A stretch of DNA of 64,000 bases from Eledone cirrhosa. Its lineage: Eukaryota. The position numbers and the translations under genes are program-made. Below, in pieces: positions 15,589-28,601 of this stretch. The stretch spans positions 1,178,001 through 1,242,000 of the forward strand of contig OZ024766.1 in the NCBI GenBank assembly GCA_964016885.1, given 5' to 3'. A model generated the notes under the pieces. It searched no databases, was not told the DNA's origin, and saw only the letters and a program-made list of their open reading frames with translations. Numbering within the stretch: position 1 is the stretch's first letter; each line of letters opens with the position of its first letter.

Positions 15589-16915
15589 CCCTTTAACATT
15601 TACTTTACTCTATATATACTATTGTATTTTCACAATAAAGGCTTTACCTCACATAACATTTATATTACTCTATATATACTATTGTATTTTCACAGTAAAG
15701 GCTTTACCTCACATAACATTTACTTTACTCTATATATACTATTGTATTTTCACAATAAAGGCTTTACCTCACATAACATTTATATTACTCTATATATACT
15801 ATTGTATTTTCACAGTAAAGGCTTTACCTCACATAACATTTACTTTACTCTATATATACTATTGTATTTTCACAATAAAGGCTTTACCTCACATAACATT
15901 TATATTACTCTATATATACTATTGTATTTTCACAATAAAGGCTTTACCTCACATAACATTTATATTACTCTATATATACTATTGTATTTTCACAGTAAAG
16001 GCTTTACCTCACATAACATTTACTTTACTCTATATATACTATTGTATTTTCACAATAAAGGCTTTACCTCACATAACATTTATATTACTCTATATATACT
16101 ATTGTATTTTCACAGTAAAGGCTTTACCTCACATAACATTTATATTACTCTATATATACTATTGTATTTTCACAGTAAAGGCTTTACCTCACATAACATT
16201 TATATTACTCTATATATACTATTGTATTTTCACAGTAAAGGCTTTACCTCACATAACATTTATATTACTCTATATATACTATTGTATTTTCACAGTAAAG
16301 GCTTTACCTCACATAACATTTATATTACTCTATATATACTATTGTATTTTCACAATAAAGGCTTTACCTCACATAACATTTATATTACTCTATATATACT
16401 ATTGTATTTTCACAATAAAGGCTTTACCTCACATAACATTTATATTACTCTATATATACTATTGTATTTTCACAATAAAGGCTTTACCTCACATAACATT
16501 TATATTACTCTATATATACTATTGTATTTTCACAATAAAGGCTTTACCTCACATAACATTTATATTACTCTATATATACTATTGTATTTTCACAGTAAAG
16601 GCTTTACCTCACATAACATTTATATTACTCTATATATACTATTGTATTTTCACAATAAAGGCTTTACCTCACATAACATTTATATTACTCTATATATACT
16701 ATTGTATTTTCACAGTAAAGGCTTTACCTCACATAACATTTATATCCTATTGTATTTTGGGGGGTAAATGCTCTACCTCACATAATATCGAATCTACGAG
16801 ATTTTGATATTATGTATTTTGAGAACAATACCTTAACATCAGTATGCGTAGCCAGTTACAGCTGGTTTGAACAGAAAGAGGTGAAAGAATTCTGGCCAGT
16901 TTAAATGCTAAAGGG
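15589..16915 (+). mobile_element. piggyBac-type non-autonomous element (MITE) carrying an internal 60-bp tandem array
   Basis: TTAA|CCCTTTAACATT ... AATGCTAAAGGG|TTAA; TTAA target duplication at 15585-88 and 16916-19; unexpanded copy at 42307-42516. Confidence 0.85.
15601..16740. repeat. 60-bp satellite, 19 near-identical copies
   Basis: Unit tatattactctatatatactattgtattttcacartaaaggctttacctcacataacatt; only two variable sites. Confidence 0.98.
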
Positions 16916-16989
16916 TTAACGCGGAGATCCCTCTATAATTGGACTGGTTTTACACCCACCACTCATGATATCACTTCCTGTTCATTTAA

Positions 16990-17156
16990 ATAATTGTTTC
17001 TACAAGGCCAGCAATTATCCCAGTGTATTACTGGTACTTTATTTTATCGACCCCGTAAGGAGGAAAGGCAAAGTTAACCCCGGCGGGATTTGAACTCAGA
17101 TCGTAAAGGGGCATAACTATGCTAGAAAGCATGTCAGACCATCTACCGATACTGCC
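16990..17156 (-). mobile_element. tRNA-derived SINE with Nin/Deu-like central domain
   Basis: Reverse complement of gagttcaaatcc (B box)...gcctttc.tccttacggggtcgataaaataaagtaccag; other copies 19277-19410, 25623-25790, 25997-26135, 27447-27622, 28725-28895, 57103-57315. Confidence 0.8.
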
Positions 17157-17159
17157 GAG

Positions 17160-17640
17160 GCAACAGTAGGCACCCTTGGCGGAGACCGACCCCCACATTG
17201 AATGGTTTCAATTTAGCACCATTTATCCGAACACATATACTCGGGCATTCATACAGAGATATCAGGGCAACAAGAAGCTGACAATCAATCCCATACTCCT
17301 GCAGAACCTTCCCGAGCAGGTCCCGAGAAATGCAGTCATATGTCTTCTCAACGTCAACAAAACAAGAATATACTTCTTGGCAATACTCCCAAGATTTCTC
17401 AAGTACCTGCCACAGTGTGAATATTTGGTCGGCTGCACTGTATCTAGGGAGAAAACCACACTGTCCATCAGCTAGCTTGGACTCGGCAATCTCCCTGCAT
17501 CTCTTTGCCAGACGCTTAGTATAGACTTTACTGGGGGAGGCTTAACAAGGAGATCCCTCTGTAATTGGAACAATCTCTCTTGACTCCCTTTTTGAAAATT
17601 GGGATTATCACTCCCTGTTGCCATTGCTTAGGTACCTTTC
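17160..17640 (-). mobile_element. RTE-like LINE reverse transcriptase fragment
   Basis: Minus frame CFVDVEKTYDCISRDLLGKVLQEYG...VRINGAKLKPFNVGVGLRQG (RT motifs FVDxEKAYD and GLRQG). Confidence 0.85.
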
Positions 17641-18094
17641 CAGAGATCCAAGCCACTGGGCTACACACAAATCAGCCAGTATTCTTAGAGATCAACAAGG
17701 TATTCTCTGCCCCTCACGAGGATGTACATTTCTGAAGAGAGGAGAATCCAGACCCATTCCTGGTAGCAGGTGTAGAGGAGGGCTTCTTATTACGAACTCC
17801 ACTGATGGTCTGCCAGAACACTTTATTTGCTGATCTGAAGTCTGATTCCAGCTTAACCCCAGTCCTCCTATGTCTTATCTTTTACTGTCTCTGCTGTGAT
17901 TTTTCGTGCCTGATTATATCTCAAGTGCAGAAGGAGGACTTATTTCTAAGCCAAGCTTTGTAAGCCTCTTTCTTTGCTCAGATGGTATTTTTTACCTCTT
18001 GATTGAACCATGGAATCTTCCAGGCAAAACCAACCAGCAAGAAACCCATGCTTGGATGACATCCATGAGCGTGGCTTTTATATATATAAAGTTA

Positions 18095-18372
18095 GATACC
18101 GAAGCCATGGTATCTAGAATAAGGATGAGTAGGAAGAAGTTTAGGGGGCCGCTTCCTCTGCTGACAAAGAAGGGCTTCTCCCTGCGTACGAAAGGTCGGT
18201 TATATGATGCCTGTGTGAGATGCGTGATGTTGCATGGTAGTGAAACATGGGCAGCAACTACAGAGGATATGCAACGGCTGGAGAGAAATGAGGCAAGCAT
18301 GCTCCGTTGGATGTGCAATGTCCAAGCATAGATGAGTTGAGAGAGAAACTGAATATAAGAGGGATAAGCTGT
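18095..18372 (+). mobile_element. RTE LINE post-RT fragment
   Basis: KGRLYDACVRCVMLHGSETW...LERNEASMLRWMC. Confidence 0.85.
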
Positions 18373-18507
18373 AGTGTGCATATATATATATATTTTTCTC
18401 ATCTTCCTTGCTCAGTCCACTATTCAGCAAGGAAGATGGGGAAAGGAATTTACCTCTTAATTTTAAATCTTTAATTCTTATTAATTCTTTTTAATTGTAA
18501 TACTGAA

Positions 18508-18552
18508 CATTTGATAAGATGAATTTTACTAATACATCGAAACCGGTAATAC
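18508..18552 (+). ncRNA. Degenerate hammerhead relic (family E)
   Basis: UUGAUAA (two changes from CUGAUGA), stem II GAUG...CAUC, GAAA CCGG UA (palindromic Penelope-type stem III). Confidence 0.45.
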
Positions 18553-18997
18553 TTTATATACATTATATACTTTATATACATTATATACTATATATACACT
18601 TATATACATATACTTTATAAAACTCCTTAAAAGAATTGTCCCCCTCATTTTTTCAATAATGTCACTTTGACGAATTAAAGAAAGGAAAAAAAAGAAAAAC
18701 AGACCCTAAAATATATTTTCCGTGCTATTTCCAGCTTCACCTTTTTTCTATAAACACTTTTGTATAGAACCTTACTTCCCTTTTCTAATATATATATATA
18801 TATACACACTTACATAAATGTGTGTATGTATATATATGTGTGTATGTATATATATAAAACACACATAGCATATAAGGAGAGAGAGAGAGAAAGCAGTGCA
18901 GTCAGCTGTGACATCTCTCCTAAATACTTTAGAGTGTTCAAGCAAGTATGACACACTGAAAGCTATTAAGCCAAGGTACATATATTATTTATACTAA

Positions 18998-19190
18998 AGG
19001 CGGTGGATTGGCAGTATCGGTAGAGGGTCGGACGCCATGCTTTGCAGCATAGAGTCACGGCCCTTTACGGTCTGAGTTCAAATCCCGTCGAGGTTAACTT
19101 TTTGCCTTTCATCTTTACAGGGTCGCTAAAATAAAGTACCAGTAATACACTGGGTAATTTGCTGGCCTTGTGCCAAAAGTAGAAACAGTT
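18998..19190 (+). mobile_element. Near full-length tRNA-derived SINE (Nin/Deu-like domain)
   Basis: ggcggtggattggcag head, gagttcaaatcc B box, gcctttcatc...gtaccag domain, ggccttgtgcc...gtagaaac tail. Confidence 0.8.
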
Positions 19191-20289
19191 ATTTATACTA
19201 TTGCTATAGAAGCAGCTTTCCCTTTACTGTGTGGTAGGGACGAGCCCCCACACAGTAATCAGAACAATATCATTGATAATTGTTTCTACTTTTGGCACAA
19301 GGCCAGCGATTAACAGTGTATTACTGGTACTTTATTTTATCGACTCCGTAAGGATGAAAGGCAAAGTTAACCTCGACGGGATTTGACCGTAAAGGGCCGT
19401 GACTATGTTTAGAATCCCGAGCAACGCCAAGCCATTCTGCTAGTATTATACTAAAACATACAGTATATTACTACAATAAACATACAGAATATTACTATAA
19501 ACTTTATGTCTGAATTTAAAAATATATTTAACACACACAAAGGGCCAAAGGGAGAGAATCAAAACGTAAAATAATAAGAATTGTCTCCCTTACTTTAGTA
19601 AAAAAAAACAAAAATACGGCGAAAGAACCTTGCCACCACACAAGAACTGGCCCATGATCAGAGATGGAAGCAGTTGGTACAACCTTTAACCGTGCAGGGC
19701 TACAACGCCCCCCCCCCCCCCCGGAACATCCAAATCTCTCTTATATCAACAGAACCTAATCTCAGTTTGACAATCGCCACCAATGAATGCGAGAAAGTTC
19801 TCCAGGAAAGTTAACCAGGAATCCTTTAAAATCTTCCCACCGAAGTTAACAAACAACTTACTAGATCTACCAACTCATAATGTTATAATATAAAATTAAA
19901 TCAAAAATGTTTTTAACACTACAAATGAAGTCATTCTTTTCCTTATTTTCAAATATACCTAACTGTACCAAGGATCTCACACATTTTCCAATATATATAT
20001 AACCTGTTAGTTTATTCGTTGCTTTGGTATTGTGTGTTAGGTTTTGCCTACCACAATGTCAAATTTGTCAAGCTATTTAAACGTATGTTGCTAACTCATT
20101 CATATTGTAGGTCGACTTTGCTTGCCCACAGCCAAAGCTTCGATTTTACTAAGCTTCCACAAATATATATATATCCATAGTTTCATCAGGGAAATGGCCA
20201 TGTCCCACCCCTGCAAGGCTAACCCCTGTTGTCTTCTACAGAGTTATAGATATGTATATTTACAGGGCTGCTTTGTTCTTTGAGAACAT

Positions 20290-21000
20290 TTACATGAATT
20301 TAGTAAAAATTGCATAAGTCATGAAAGAAGAGCTTTATTTGAAAAAACCTTGTCATGAATAATGTTGAGTCTTCTTGACAAATCTTCTCAATGAATCAGC
20401 CATTAGTATCGATGACTCCTTCAATACAAGGTCTGAAATGTTAACATGCCCGAATCAGTTGATTTTTATTTATTTTGTACATTGTGCTAGTTATGGCAGA
20501 CTTCAGGGTTTTTATAATGTTATGGAGGTGTTGATTGACTTCCCTCTTGACTACTCTCCATATGTAGTAGTCTAACAGATTCGGGTCTGGAGAGCTAAGA
20601 GGCCATATGTTTAGGCTCGTGTGATCATAGAGATTGTTACTCTTTCATTCTTCAGTCATCTTTGTCTTATGAGATGGTGTAGTCTTATTGTTAAGGTTAT
20701 GGTCTTCCTTTGTCCACACTCTCTATCAAAGGCTTCCTTCTCTGGAAAAAGATTTAATATTCACAACCATCTGTCTATTTGTTTTCTGATGAGAATAAAG
20801 TTAATCTAGCTTGTATGTTTACCTGATAAAATGGCTGGTTTATATCTTAAAGTTAGTGTTGCAAATGGCTAAGTCATTTGGATCACAGAACTGTAGGAGT
20901 CAAGCCATACCTCTAGCCATCATGTATTCCAAGAGAACCATTTTGGTGCTACTCAACATGTCCATTAAATTTAGTAGCGAGGATGAGGAAATGTTTGTCA
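20290..21000 (-). mobile_element. Decayed RTE LINE endonuclease region
   Basis: Minus strand gives LLQFCDPNDLAICNTNF...INFILIRK, like the RTE APE motifs LLEFC...L.I.NT.F and IDYIL; many stops. Confidence 0.6.
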
Positions 21001-21267
21001 CTTGTCATTGATGCCTTGGGACATTTTAGGCAAAACCATGACTATTTCAGACACTGATCTTATGATGTTATTGAGGGGTCTTCAATCTCATCTTTTAAAC
21101 ATTTACTATGGATGACATGTTGTGAATGCTGGTTATCAATGTTGGATATTTAAATTCTGAACCAGTTCTGACAATACAAAAACTTCTGCCATTTCTTTGC
21201 CATAATTTTCTCAAGTCTATTTTCTTTAATCTTGTTCTTTCTTCGCTGGACAGATTTGTAGCTTGGA

Positions 21268-22651
21268 GATCAGAGTCATTCCAGGTAAAGCCACTACTTC
21301 TCTGAATTGAGAGATCACAGCTCTGATACTATGGACATGTGGTTAGAATGTCTCAGGAAAGAATCACTGGAGAGTCACTCCAGGTAGAGCCACTACTTCT
21401 CTGAATTGAGAGATCACAGCTCTGATACTATAGACATGTGGTTAGAATGTCTCAGGAATCATTGGAGAGCCACTCCAGGTAGAGCTGCTACTTCTCTGAA
21501 TTGAGAGATCACAGCTCTGGTACTATAGACATGTGGTTAGAATGTCTCAGGAAAGAATCACTGGAGAGTCACTCCAGGTAGAGCTGCTACTTCTCTGAAT
21601 TGAGAGATCACAGCTCTGATACTATGGACATGTGGTTAGAATGTCTCAAGAAAGAATCACTGGAGAGTCACTCCAGGTAGAGCTGTTACTTCTCTGAATT
21701 GAGAGATCACAGCTCTGATACTATGGACATGAGGTTAGAATGTCTCAGGAAAGAATCACTGGAGAGTCACTCCAGGTAGAGCTGCTACTTCTCTGAATTG
21801 AGAGATCACAGCTCTGGTACTATAGACATGTGGTTAGAATGTCTCAAGAAAGAATCATTGGAGAGTCACTCCAGGTAGAGCTGCTACTTCTCTGAATTGA
21901 GAGATCACAGCTCTGATACTATGGACATGTGGTTAGAATGTCTCAGGAAAGAATCACTGGAGAGTCACTCCAGGTAGAGCTGCTACTTCTCTGAATTGAG
22001 AGATCACAGCTCTGGTACTATAGACATGTGGTTAGAATGACTCAGGAAAAATTACTGGAGAGTCACTCCAGGTAGAGCTGCTACTTCTCTGAATTGAGAG
22101 ATCACAGATCTGGTACTATGGACATGTGGTTAGAATGTCTCAAGAAAGAATCACTGGAGAGTCACTCCAGGTAGAGCTGCTACTTCTCTGAATTGAGAGA
22201 TCACAGCTCTGATACTATGGACATGTGGTTAGAATGACTCAGGAAAGAATCATTGGAGAGTCACTCCAGGTAGAGCTGCTACTTCTCTGAATTGAGAGAT
22301 CACAGCTCTGATACTATGGACATGTGGTTAGAATGACTCAGGAAAGAATCATTGGAGAGTCACTCCAGGTAGAGCTGTTACTTCTCTGAATTGAGAGATC
22401 ACAGCTCTGGTACTATGGACATGTGGTTAGAATGTCTCAAGAAAGAATCACTGGAGAGTCACTCCAGGTAGAGCTGCTACTTCTCTGAATTGAGAGATCA
22501 CAGCTCTGATACTATGGACATGTGGTTAGAATGACTCAGGAAAGAATCACTGGAGAGTCACTCCAGGTAGAGCTGCTACTTCTCTGAATTGAGAGATCAC
22601 AGCTCTGGTACTATAGACATGTGGTTAGAATGTCTCAGGAAAAATTACTGG
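21268..22651. repeat. 99-bp satellite, about 14 copies
   Basis: Unit ccaggtagagctgctacttctctgaattgagagatcacagctctgatactatggacatgtggttagaatgtctcaggaaagaatcactggagagtcact; period measured 21574 to 21673. Confidence 0.97.
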
Positions 22652-22952
22652 ACTAGATTTTACAGGTAAAACCAATGAGCAGGTGACCTTGAGGTAGAAC
22701 CCGAGAGAGTTGGTTGCATTCATGAATATGGCTGGTCTCGGGGATTCAGCCGGATCTGTGAGAGATGGTTGCTTCTGACAGGACCCTCTAGAAGGAGTGT
22801 TTGAGGACTCTTCCCCCTCCCAACGACGCCCTCAGGAACACGTAACCTGGCCACTGAAATGTGCATAGTACTTACAGTAATAACATTTCAAGGAATACAA
22901 CCTGTTCGCCTCCTGTCATTTTACCCTATAATATATATATTATATATATATG

Positions 22953-23330
22953 AGGCACATGGCTTAGTGGTTAGAGCATTGGCCTTGCAATCGAAAGGTT
23001 GTGAGTTCAATTCTCAGACCAGGTGATGTGTTGCAAGACACTTTATTTCACATTGCTCCAGTTTACTCAGCTGTAGAAATGAGATGATAGGGACTGGGTT
23101 CCCTATCATTCCACTGCAAAGTGGTCGTGGAGGTGCCATGGAAAAAAAAAGCATGCAGCACTCACTGTAAATGTTGGTGTTAGGAAGGGCATCCAGCTGT
23201 AGAGATCAAGCCAGAATCAGTTCCCGTATGAGCAAGACAAGGTCAGCCGACTGGACACTGCCCACAACAGGACAACCCGTCTAACCCATGCTTGCGTGGA
23301 AGAACGGATGTAAAATGGTGATGATGATAT
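22953..23330 (+). mobile_element. tRNA-derived SINE with CORE-like centre and RTE-like tail
   Basis: tggcttagtggttagagc (A box), gagttcaattc (B box), caagacacttt...cactcagctg-type core, (GAT)n tail; close copy at 46322-46762. Confidence 0.8.
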
Positions 23331-23646
23331 GAGGTAACACGGGAAAAAGCTCCCAGTCTACACTGTAAATGTGGTTGGTGTTAGGAAGGGCATCCAGCCG
23401 TAGAAAACCTGCGAGACAGTCCTATGCGAGCGAGACACGGTCACCCGACCAATCTTGCCTCACGTGGGAAATCTCCGTCTAAACCCATGCTAGCGTGGAA
23501 GATGGACTTTAAATGATGGTGATGATGATGATATGAGGATTTTTAAAATGGACAGTTTTGTTTCACCAAAAGGGAAACAGTTTCAGTGCGGCTGCTAACA
23601 ACTATGACAACCAGTAAACAACATGCTATCACACACATATACGTAT

Positions 23647-24846
23647 TTATAATCCTGTATGAATACGTATATGTGTAGCTAATTTACTTTTTTGAGAGAA
23701 TGATTTACCACAGATGTCACAGTGATGTGGTTTTGCTCCTAGGTGAGTATATCTGTGTTCATTTAAATGACTTTTATGAGAAAATGATTTACCACAAACA
23801 TCACAGTGATATGGTTTCTCTCCTGTATGGACTGATTTGTGTGTGTTCAAGTTACTTTTCTGAGAAAATGATTTACCACAGACGTCACAATGATATGGTT
23901 TTTCTCCTGTATGAACTAGTTTGTGTTCATTTAAGTGGCTTGACCGAGAAAATGATTTATCACAGACAACACAGTGATAGGGTTTCTCTCCTGTATGAAT
24001 GCATTTGTGCGTAGTTAAGTTAGTTTTCTGAGAAAATGATTTACCACAGATATCACAGTAATGTGTTTTCTCACCTGTATGGATATATTTGTGTGTAGTT
24101 AAATTTCCTTTATCAGAAAATGATTTACCACAAACATCACAATGATATGGCTTCTCTCCTGTATGAATATATACATGTTTAGTTAAACCAGCTGCATGAA
24201 AGAATGATTTTCCACAGATATCACAGCTGTGTGTCTTTTCTCCTGTATGAATACGTTTGTGTGTAGATAAGGTACCAGTCTGTGAGAATGACTTACCACA
24301 GATATCACAGTGATATGGTTTCTCTCCTGTATGAATATGTTTGTGTTTAGTTAACCCTGCTGCATGAGAGAATGATTTACTACAGATATCACAGTGATGT
24401 GGTTTCTCTCCTGTATGGATATATTTGTGCTTTTTTAAGTTACTTTTCTGAGAGAATGATTTACCACAGACAGCACAACAGTGTGGCCTCTCTCCTTTAT
24501 GAATAGAATTGTGTGCAGTTAAGTTACTTTTTTGAGCAAATGATTTACCACATGTATCACAGAGATATGGTTTCTCTCCCGTGTGAATATGTTTGTGTTT
24601 CGTTAAGTTGCCTTTATCAGAGAATGATTTCTCACAGATATCACAGCTATATATTTTCTCTCCTGTGTGAATACGTTTGTGTGTTATTAACCGACTACTA
24701 TGAGGGAATGATTTACCACAGGTCTCACAGTGATATGGTTTTGCTCTGGTGTGAGAATGTTTATGTTTTGTGAGGCTATCTTCTCGGGAGAATGATTTAC
24801 TACAGAATTCACAGTCGTATGATACTGTTCCCACTTCCTTTGACAT
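23647..24846 (-). CDS. C2H2 zinc-finger protein ZF1, 14 fingers, 399 aa from the first ATG
   Basis: Tandem CxxC...HxxxH units with TGEKP linkers; single coding exon; acceptor at 25114; no KRAB/SCAN domain visible. Confidence 0.93.
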   Translation of the reverse strand: MSKEVGTVSYDCEFCSKSFSREDSLTKHKHSHTRAKPYHCETCGKSFPHSSRLITHKRIHTGEKIYSCDICEKSFSDKGNLTKHKHIHTGEKPYLCDTCGKSFAQKSNLTAHNSIHKGERPHCCAVCGKSFSQKSNLKKHKYIHTGEKPHHCDICSKSFSHAAGLTKHKHIHTGEKPYHCDICGKSFSQTGTLSTHKRIHTGEKTHSCDICGKSFFHAAGLTKHVYIHTGEKPYHCDVCGKSFSDKGNLTTHKYIHTGEKTHYCDICGKSFSQKTNLTTHKCIHTGEKPYHCVVCDKSFSRSSHLNEHKLVHTGEKPYHCDVCGKSFSQKSNLNTHKSVHTGEKPYHCDVCGKSFSHKSHLNEHRYTHLGAKPHHCDICGKSFSQKSKLATHIRIHTGL

Positions 24847-25219
24847 CTCTTCAGGTAAAAAGGATAAATCTGAAAATGAGGCTAATTCCTTTGTAAATTC
24901 CTCCAAATTTAATAAGAATACAATACCTTCTTGTACACTTTCCAGATACTGAAGAGGAGAAATTTTTCTAGAAATATCACACAGTAGTTTATCAAATATT
25001 TATATAAAAAGATTTATATGAATATTATGTAAAATATTTCCTTGGTCTTTTCAAAGCCGATATTGAGGATCTATCTGAAGTTAATCTCACTTCAGTCATT
25101 GTCAGTTGATATTCTGAAATAATCAAAAGAAAATAAGATATAGAGGAGAATATTTTAAAAAGGTGTGATTCAATAATGCAGGTTACACAATAATTGTATA
25201 TATATATATATATATGTGC

Positions 25220-25335
25220 ATCATCATCATCATTATCATTTTACGTCCGCTTTTCCCTGCTTGCAAGGGTTGGACGGGTCCTATTCAGCACAGCATATCT
25301 CCACTTGTCACGGTCCTTCATCATCTCCTCGGTGT
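25220..25335 (-). mobile_element. RTE LINE extreme 3' end
   Basis: TEEMMKDRDKWRYAVL...KRT then (GAT)n; similar to 49790-49975. Confidence 0.75.
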
Positions 25336-26401
25336 ATTCTCTAATGTGTCTTCCTATGTATTCTCTAATGTGTGTGTGTGTGTGTGTGCATTCATTAGGT
25401 ATGTTATTAAATTCACATACACATCTATACATACATCTACATATTTAGCAACTGACCAAAAATAAGGTGAAAAGCTATGCATGTATCTGTGTGCATGTAT
25501 GGAGATATTTTGAAATAATTATGAGAAAACAAAACAACATTTCTTCATATTTATAGTATACTAATCTGAATAAGAACAGCAGTAACCTGGTCAACGCCGG
25601 GTGATTCAGCTAGTATATATTATAATTGTTTCTACTTTAGGCACAAGGCCAGCAATTACCCAGTGCATTACTGGTACTTTATTTTATCGACCCCGTAAGG
25701 ATGAAAGGCAAAGTCAACCTCGGCGAGATTTCAACTCAGATCGTAAAGGGCCGTAACTATGCTGGAAAGCATGGCGTCTGACACTACCATATATTATAAT
25801 AAAAGCGAATGTGTGTATATATAAGATTCATTACACTTGATTTATTAAACAGAAAACTTTGTTTTGTACCATTTTCCTATCTAAAATACTACAATTAGTT
25901 GTGAATCCTATAATAGCTAGAGTATGTTACAATGTTCTGAAGGTAGTGAACAACATAGTTGAATAGATGAAGGTAATTTAATAAAAACAGTCATAATAAT
26001 TGTTTCTACGTTAGGCACAAGGATGAAAGGCAAAGTTATCCTCGGCGGGATTTGAACTCAGAATGGCAAGGGCCGTAACTCTATACGTCAAAGCATGGCG
26101 TCCGACCCTCTCCCAATACTGCCAATCCACCGCCCTAAAAACAGTCATAATAATAATATATTTTATATCACATATAACATTAGAATCTAGCTATTGTAAA
26201 ATAAGACAACATTTCAGTTTAGAAGTATTTTCCTGTATATAAAAGTGATGAGAAAGAATTATCTTTGTCCAAAGTTGTTAAATACAGAGCGACCAAATAA
26301 ACCGTCCTTCATTTCAAATACTTCAAAGAATCTGGACTGAGCTTAATTATCGCATTAATGTTTGCCGAGAAATAAAAGGGACAGACATCCAGTGTCTATG
26401 A

Positions 26402-26845
26402 CAGTTATGGGCAACCTGTGGGCTGCAAAGCTTTCTGAATGGCTCACTTAAGTCACCTAAGTGAAATCTTTCTGATTTTTTTATCCCAACTTTTCTGTCG
26501 TAATTTATCTTTCTATCATTTTTACGATCGAGGAAAACATGTACGAATTCTGAAGAAACAAATCAAAACAACCCGAGTTACCACCCTTATTTTAATGTGG
26601 GCACGAATGTAAATTAGTGCTTGCGGCTCACCTGATGATGAGCCACATCTCATGTGCACCCCCCGGATGATGGGCTATATCTCATGTGGCCCTCCTGATG
26701 ATGAGCCACATCTCATGTGGCCCACCTGGTGATGAGCTACATCTCATGTGGCCCACCTGGTGATGAGCTACATCTCATGTGGCCCACCTGGTGATGAGCT
26801 ACATCTCATGTGGCCCGCTTCTCGAAAAAGAGTTGCCCATGCCTG
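26402..26845. mobile_element. hAT-like MITE with an internal 31-bp tandem repeat
   Basis: TIRs cagttatgggcaac / gttgcccatgcctg; 8-bp TSD gtctatga/ttctatga; unit gtggcccacctggtgatgagctacatctcat (26627-26815), inverted paralogue at 57945-58220. Confidence 0.75.
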
Positions 26846-27075
26846 TTCTATGACGTCAACCAATACCACAAGAACCTTTGGTAGCTTATACAACTGTAGC
26901 TACCAATATTGTAAGAATATTCATTTAAGTTTTCATATTATAAGTATTTGAAATCAAGGAGTATTTTTGTGGTCGCCCAGTATTTTTACTTGTATATAAT
27001 TTATTTATCAATAAAGGCGATTCTTTTCATCATTTTTAAAAGCTCAAAATCCTATAATTACTGTATCATTGAAAG

Positions 27076-27408
27076 CAGGGGTCTCGTTTGCCTTCAAAAT
27101 GTGAGGGAGACAAACCAACATTTGTTGGTCCTTAAAGGGGCATGTTAGTATTACTTAGGGAGATTTTCCCCGGACCCTATCACATAAGTAACATTTTACA
27201 CTAATTAAATTTTATATATTCAAATGAAGTTCAGATATTAAAAAAAAAAAAGTTTAAAAAGAATTTATTATATCAAATAAACAAAATATAAAACATAGAC
27301 GTTTGAATAAATTGGGAAAAATTAGGGGAGACAAAAGAGGGTTTGTGCCCCGTTCCTGAAAAAGTGGAGGGGACTTGTCTCCTGGTAGCTCCTGAAACAA
27401 GGCCCTTC
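27076..27408. mobile_element. hAT-like MITE
   Basis: caggggtctcgttt ... gaaacaaggcccttc with 8-bp TSD attgaaag/gttgaaag; partial copy 40990-41220; inverted copy about 57353-57685. Confidence 0.6.
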
Positions 27409-27665
27409 GTTGAAAGGTTCACATAATTCTATTATTTACAAACAATAAGGTGGTGGATTGGCAGTATCGGTAGAAAGTCGCAGCATAGAGTTACAACCCT
27501 TTACTGCCTTTCATCATTACGGGGGTCGATAAAATGAAGTACCAGTAATACACTGGTTCGAATTAATCAACTTTCCCCTCACCCCCCAAATTACTGGCCT
27601 TGTACCATAACTAGAAACCATTATTTACACACATTATTATAGACTTGAAGTAAATCTAAACTTAC

Positions 27666-27800
27666 CCTCTTCACATGAAATTAATTTGTTGTCTTCTTAT
27701 ATTTTACTAAACAACCAAAGAAATAATCTCCATGTTGTTAAATTAGAAATTTCCACCCAATTAACGCCAGAGGAAGTGCTTCTCGCCAACCATTTGACAA
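27666..27800 (-). promoter_or_regulatory. Putative 5' non-coding exon and promoter of ZF1
   Basis: Donor GTAAGT at 27665-27660; GGAAGT ETS-like motif near 27771; exon conserved in inverted copy at 56680-56769. Confidence 0.5.
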
Positions 27801-28165
27801 CAGTAAAGCTAGCTTGCTATTTTTAGCCGTAGAAATACGTATCTGTGTCTGTATATATGTACTGCACCGATTGCGTTATTATTTCTGTTTACCTTATACA
27901 TACATACATACATATATATATATACATATATATATATACACACACATATATATATTAGCACCCCGAACGTTTAATTAGGAATATACTCAGATATTTCCTA
28001 ATGTTTGTTGAGTGAGTTGGAATTTGGCCGGAGTATCGCTATTAGCTTTCTCCGTTCATGTATTTATATATATATATATATATACACATATATATATGTA
28101 TATATATATATACACATATATATATGTATATATATATATATACACACACATATATATATACACAC

Positions 28166-28198
<33 letters not shown>

Positions 28199-28251
28199 TA
28201 TATATATACACACACACATATATATATATACACACATATATATATATACAC

Positions 28252-28284
<33 letters not shown>

Positions 28285-28297
28285 CATATATATATAC

Positions 28298-28348
<51 letters not shown>

Positions 28349-28601
28349 CATATATACATATATATATACATATATACATATATATATACATATATATACA
28401 TACACATATATATATATTTATAATATATACATGTGCATGTTTGTGTTAAGTATTTCCGAAGAAAAGCAAAGGTAAAAAGAGTGCTCTATGTACAGAACAG
28501 AGCTATTTAGTTAGAAAGTGAACAACACAAAATATAACTAATCCATTACCAAAGGTTTCTGGATCCCAGACAATATTAATATATGTCTAGATCGTTCAGA
28601 T

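Noticed and set aside
15622-16767. 381-aa ORF of 20-aa repeats (also 50608-51015)
   Set aside because: Translation of the 60-bp satellite inside a MITE, with a TTG start
21268-22651. CRISPR-like regularity of the 99-bp, 60-bp and 31-bp arrays
   Set aside because: Head-to-tail units with no unique spacers, no cas genes, eukaryotic context
22953-23025. tRNA gene (also 46322-46395)
   Set aside because: A and B boxes present but no complete cloverleaf; continues into SINE body and tail
23700-24773. Antisense and off-frame ORFs over the zinc-finger genes (MIYHR..., MASLL..., MENHS...)
   Set aside because: Shadows of the 84-bp finger repeat
26627-26815. CTGATGA plus a small hairpin in the 31-bp repeat as a hammerhead array
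   Set aside because: No GAAA, stem III or cleavage triplet
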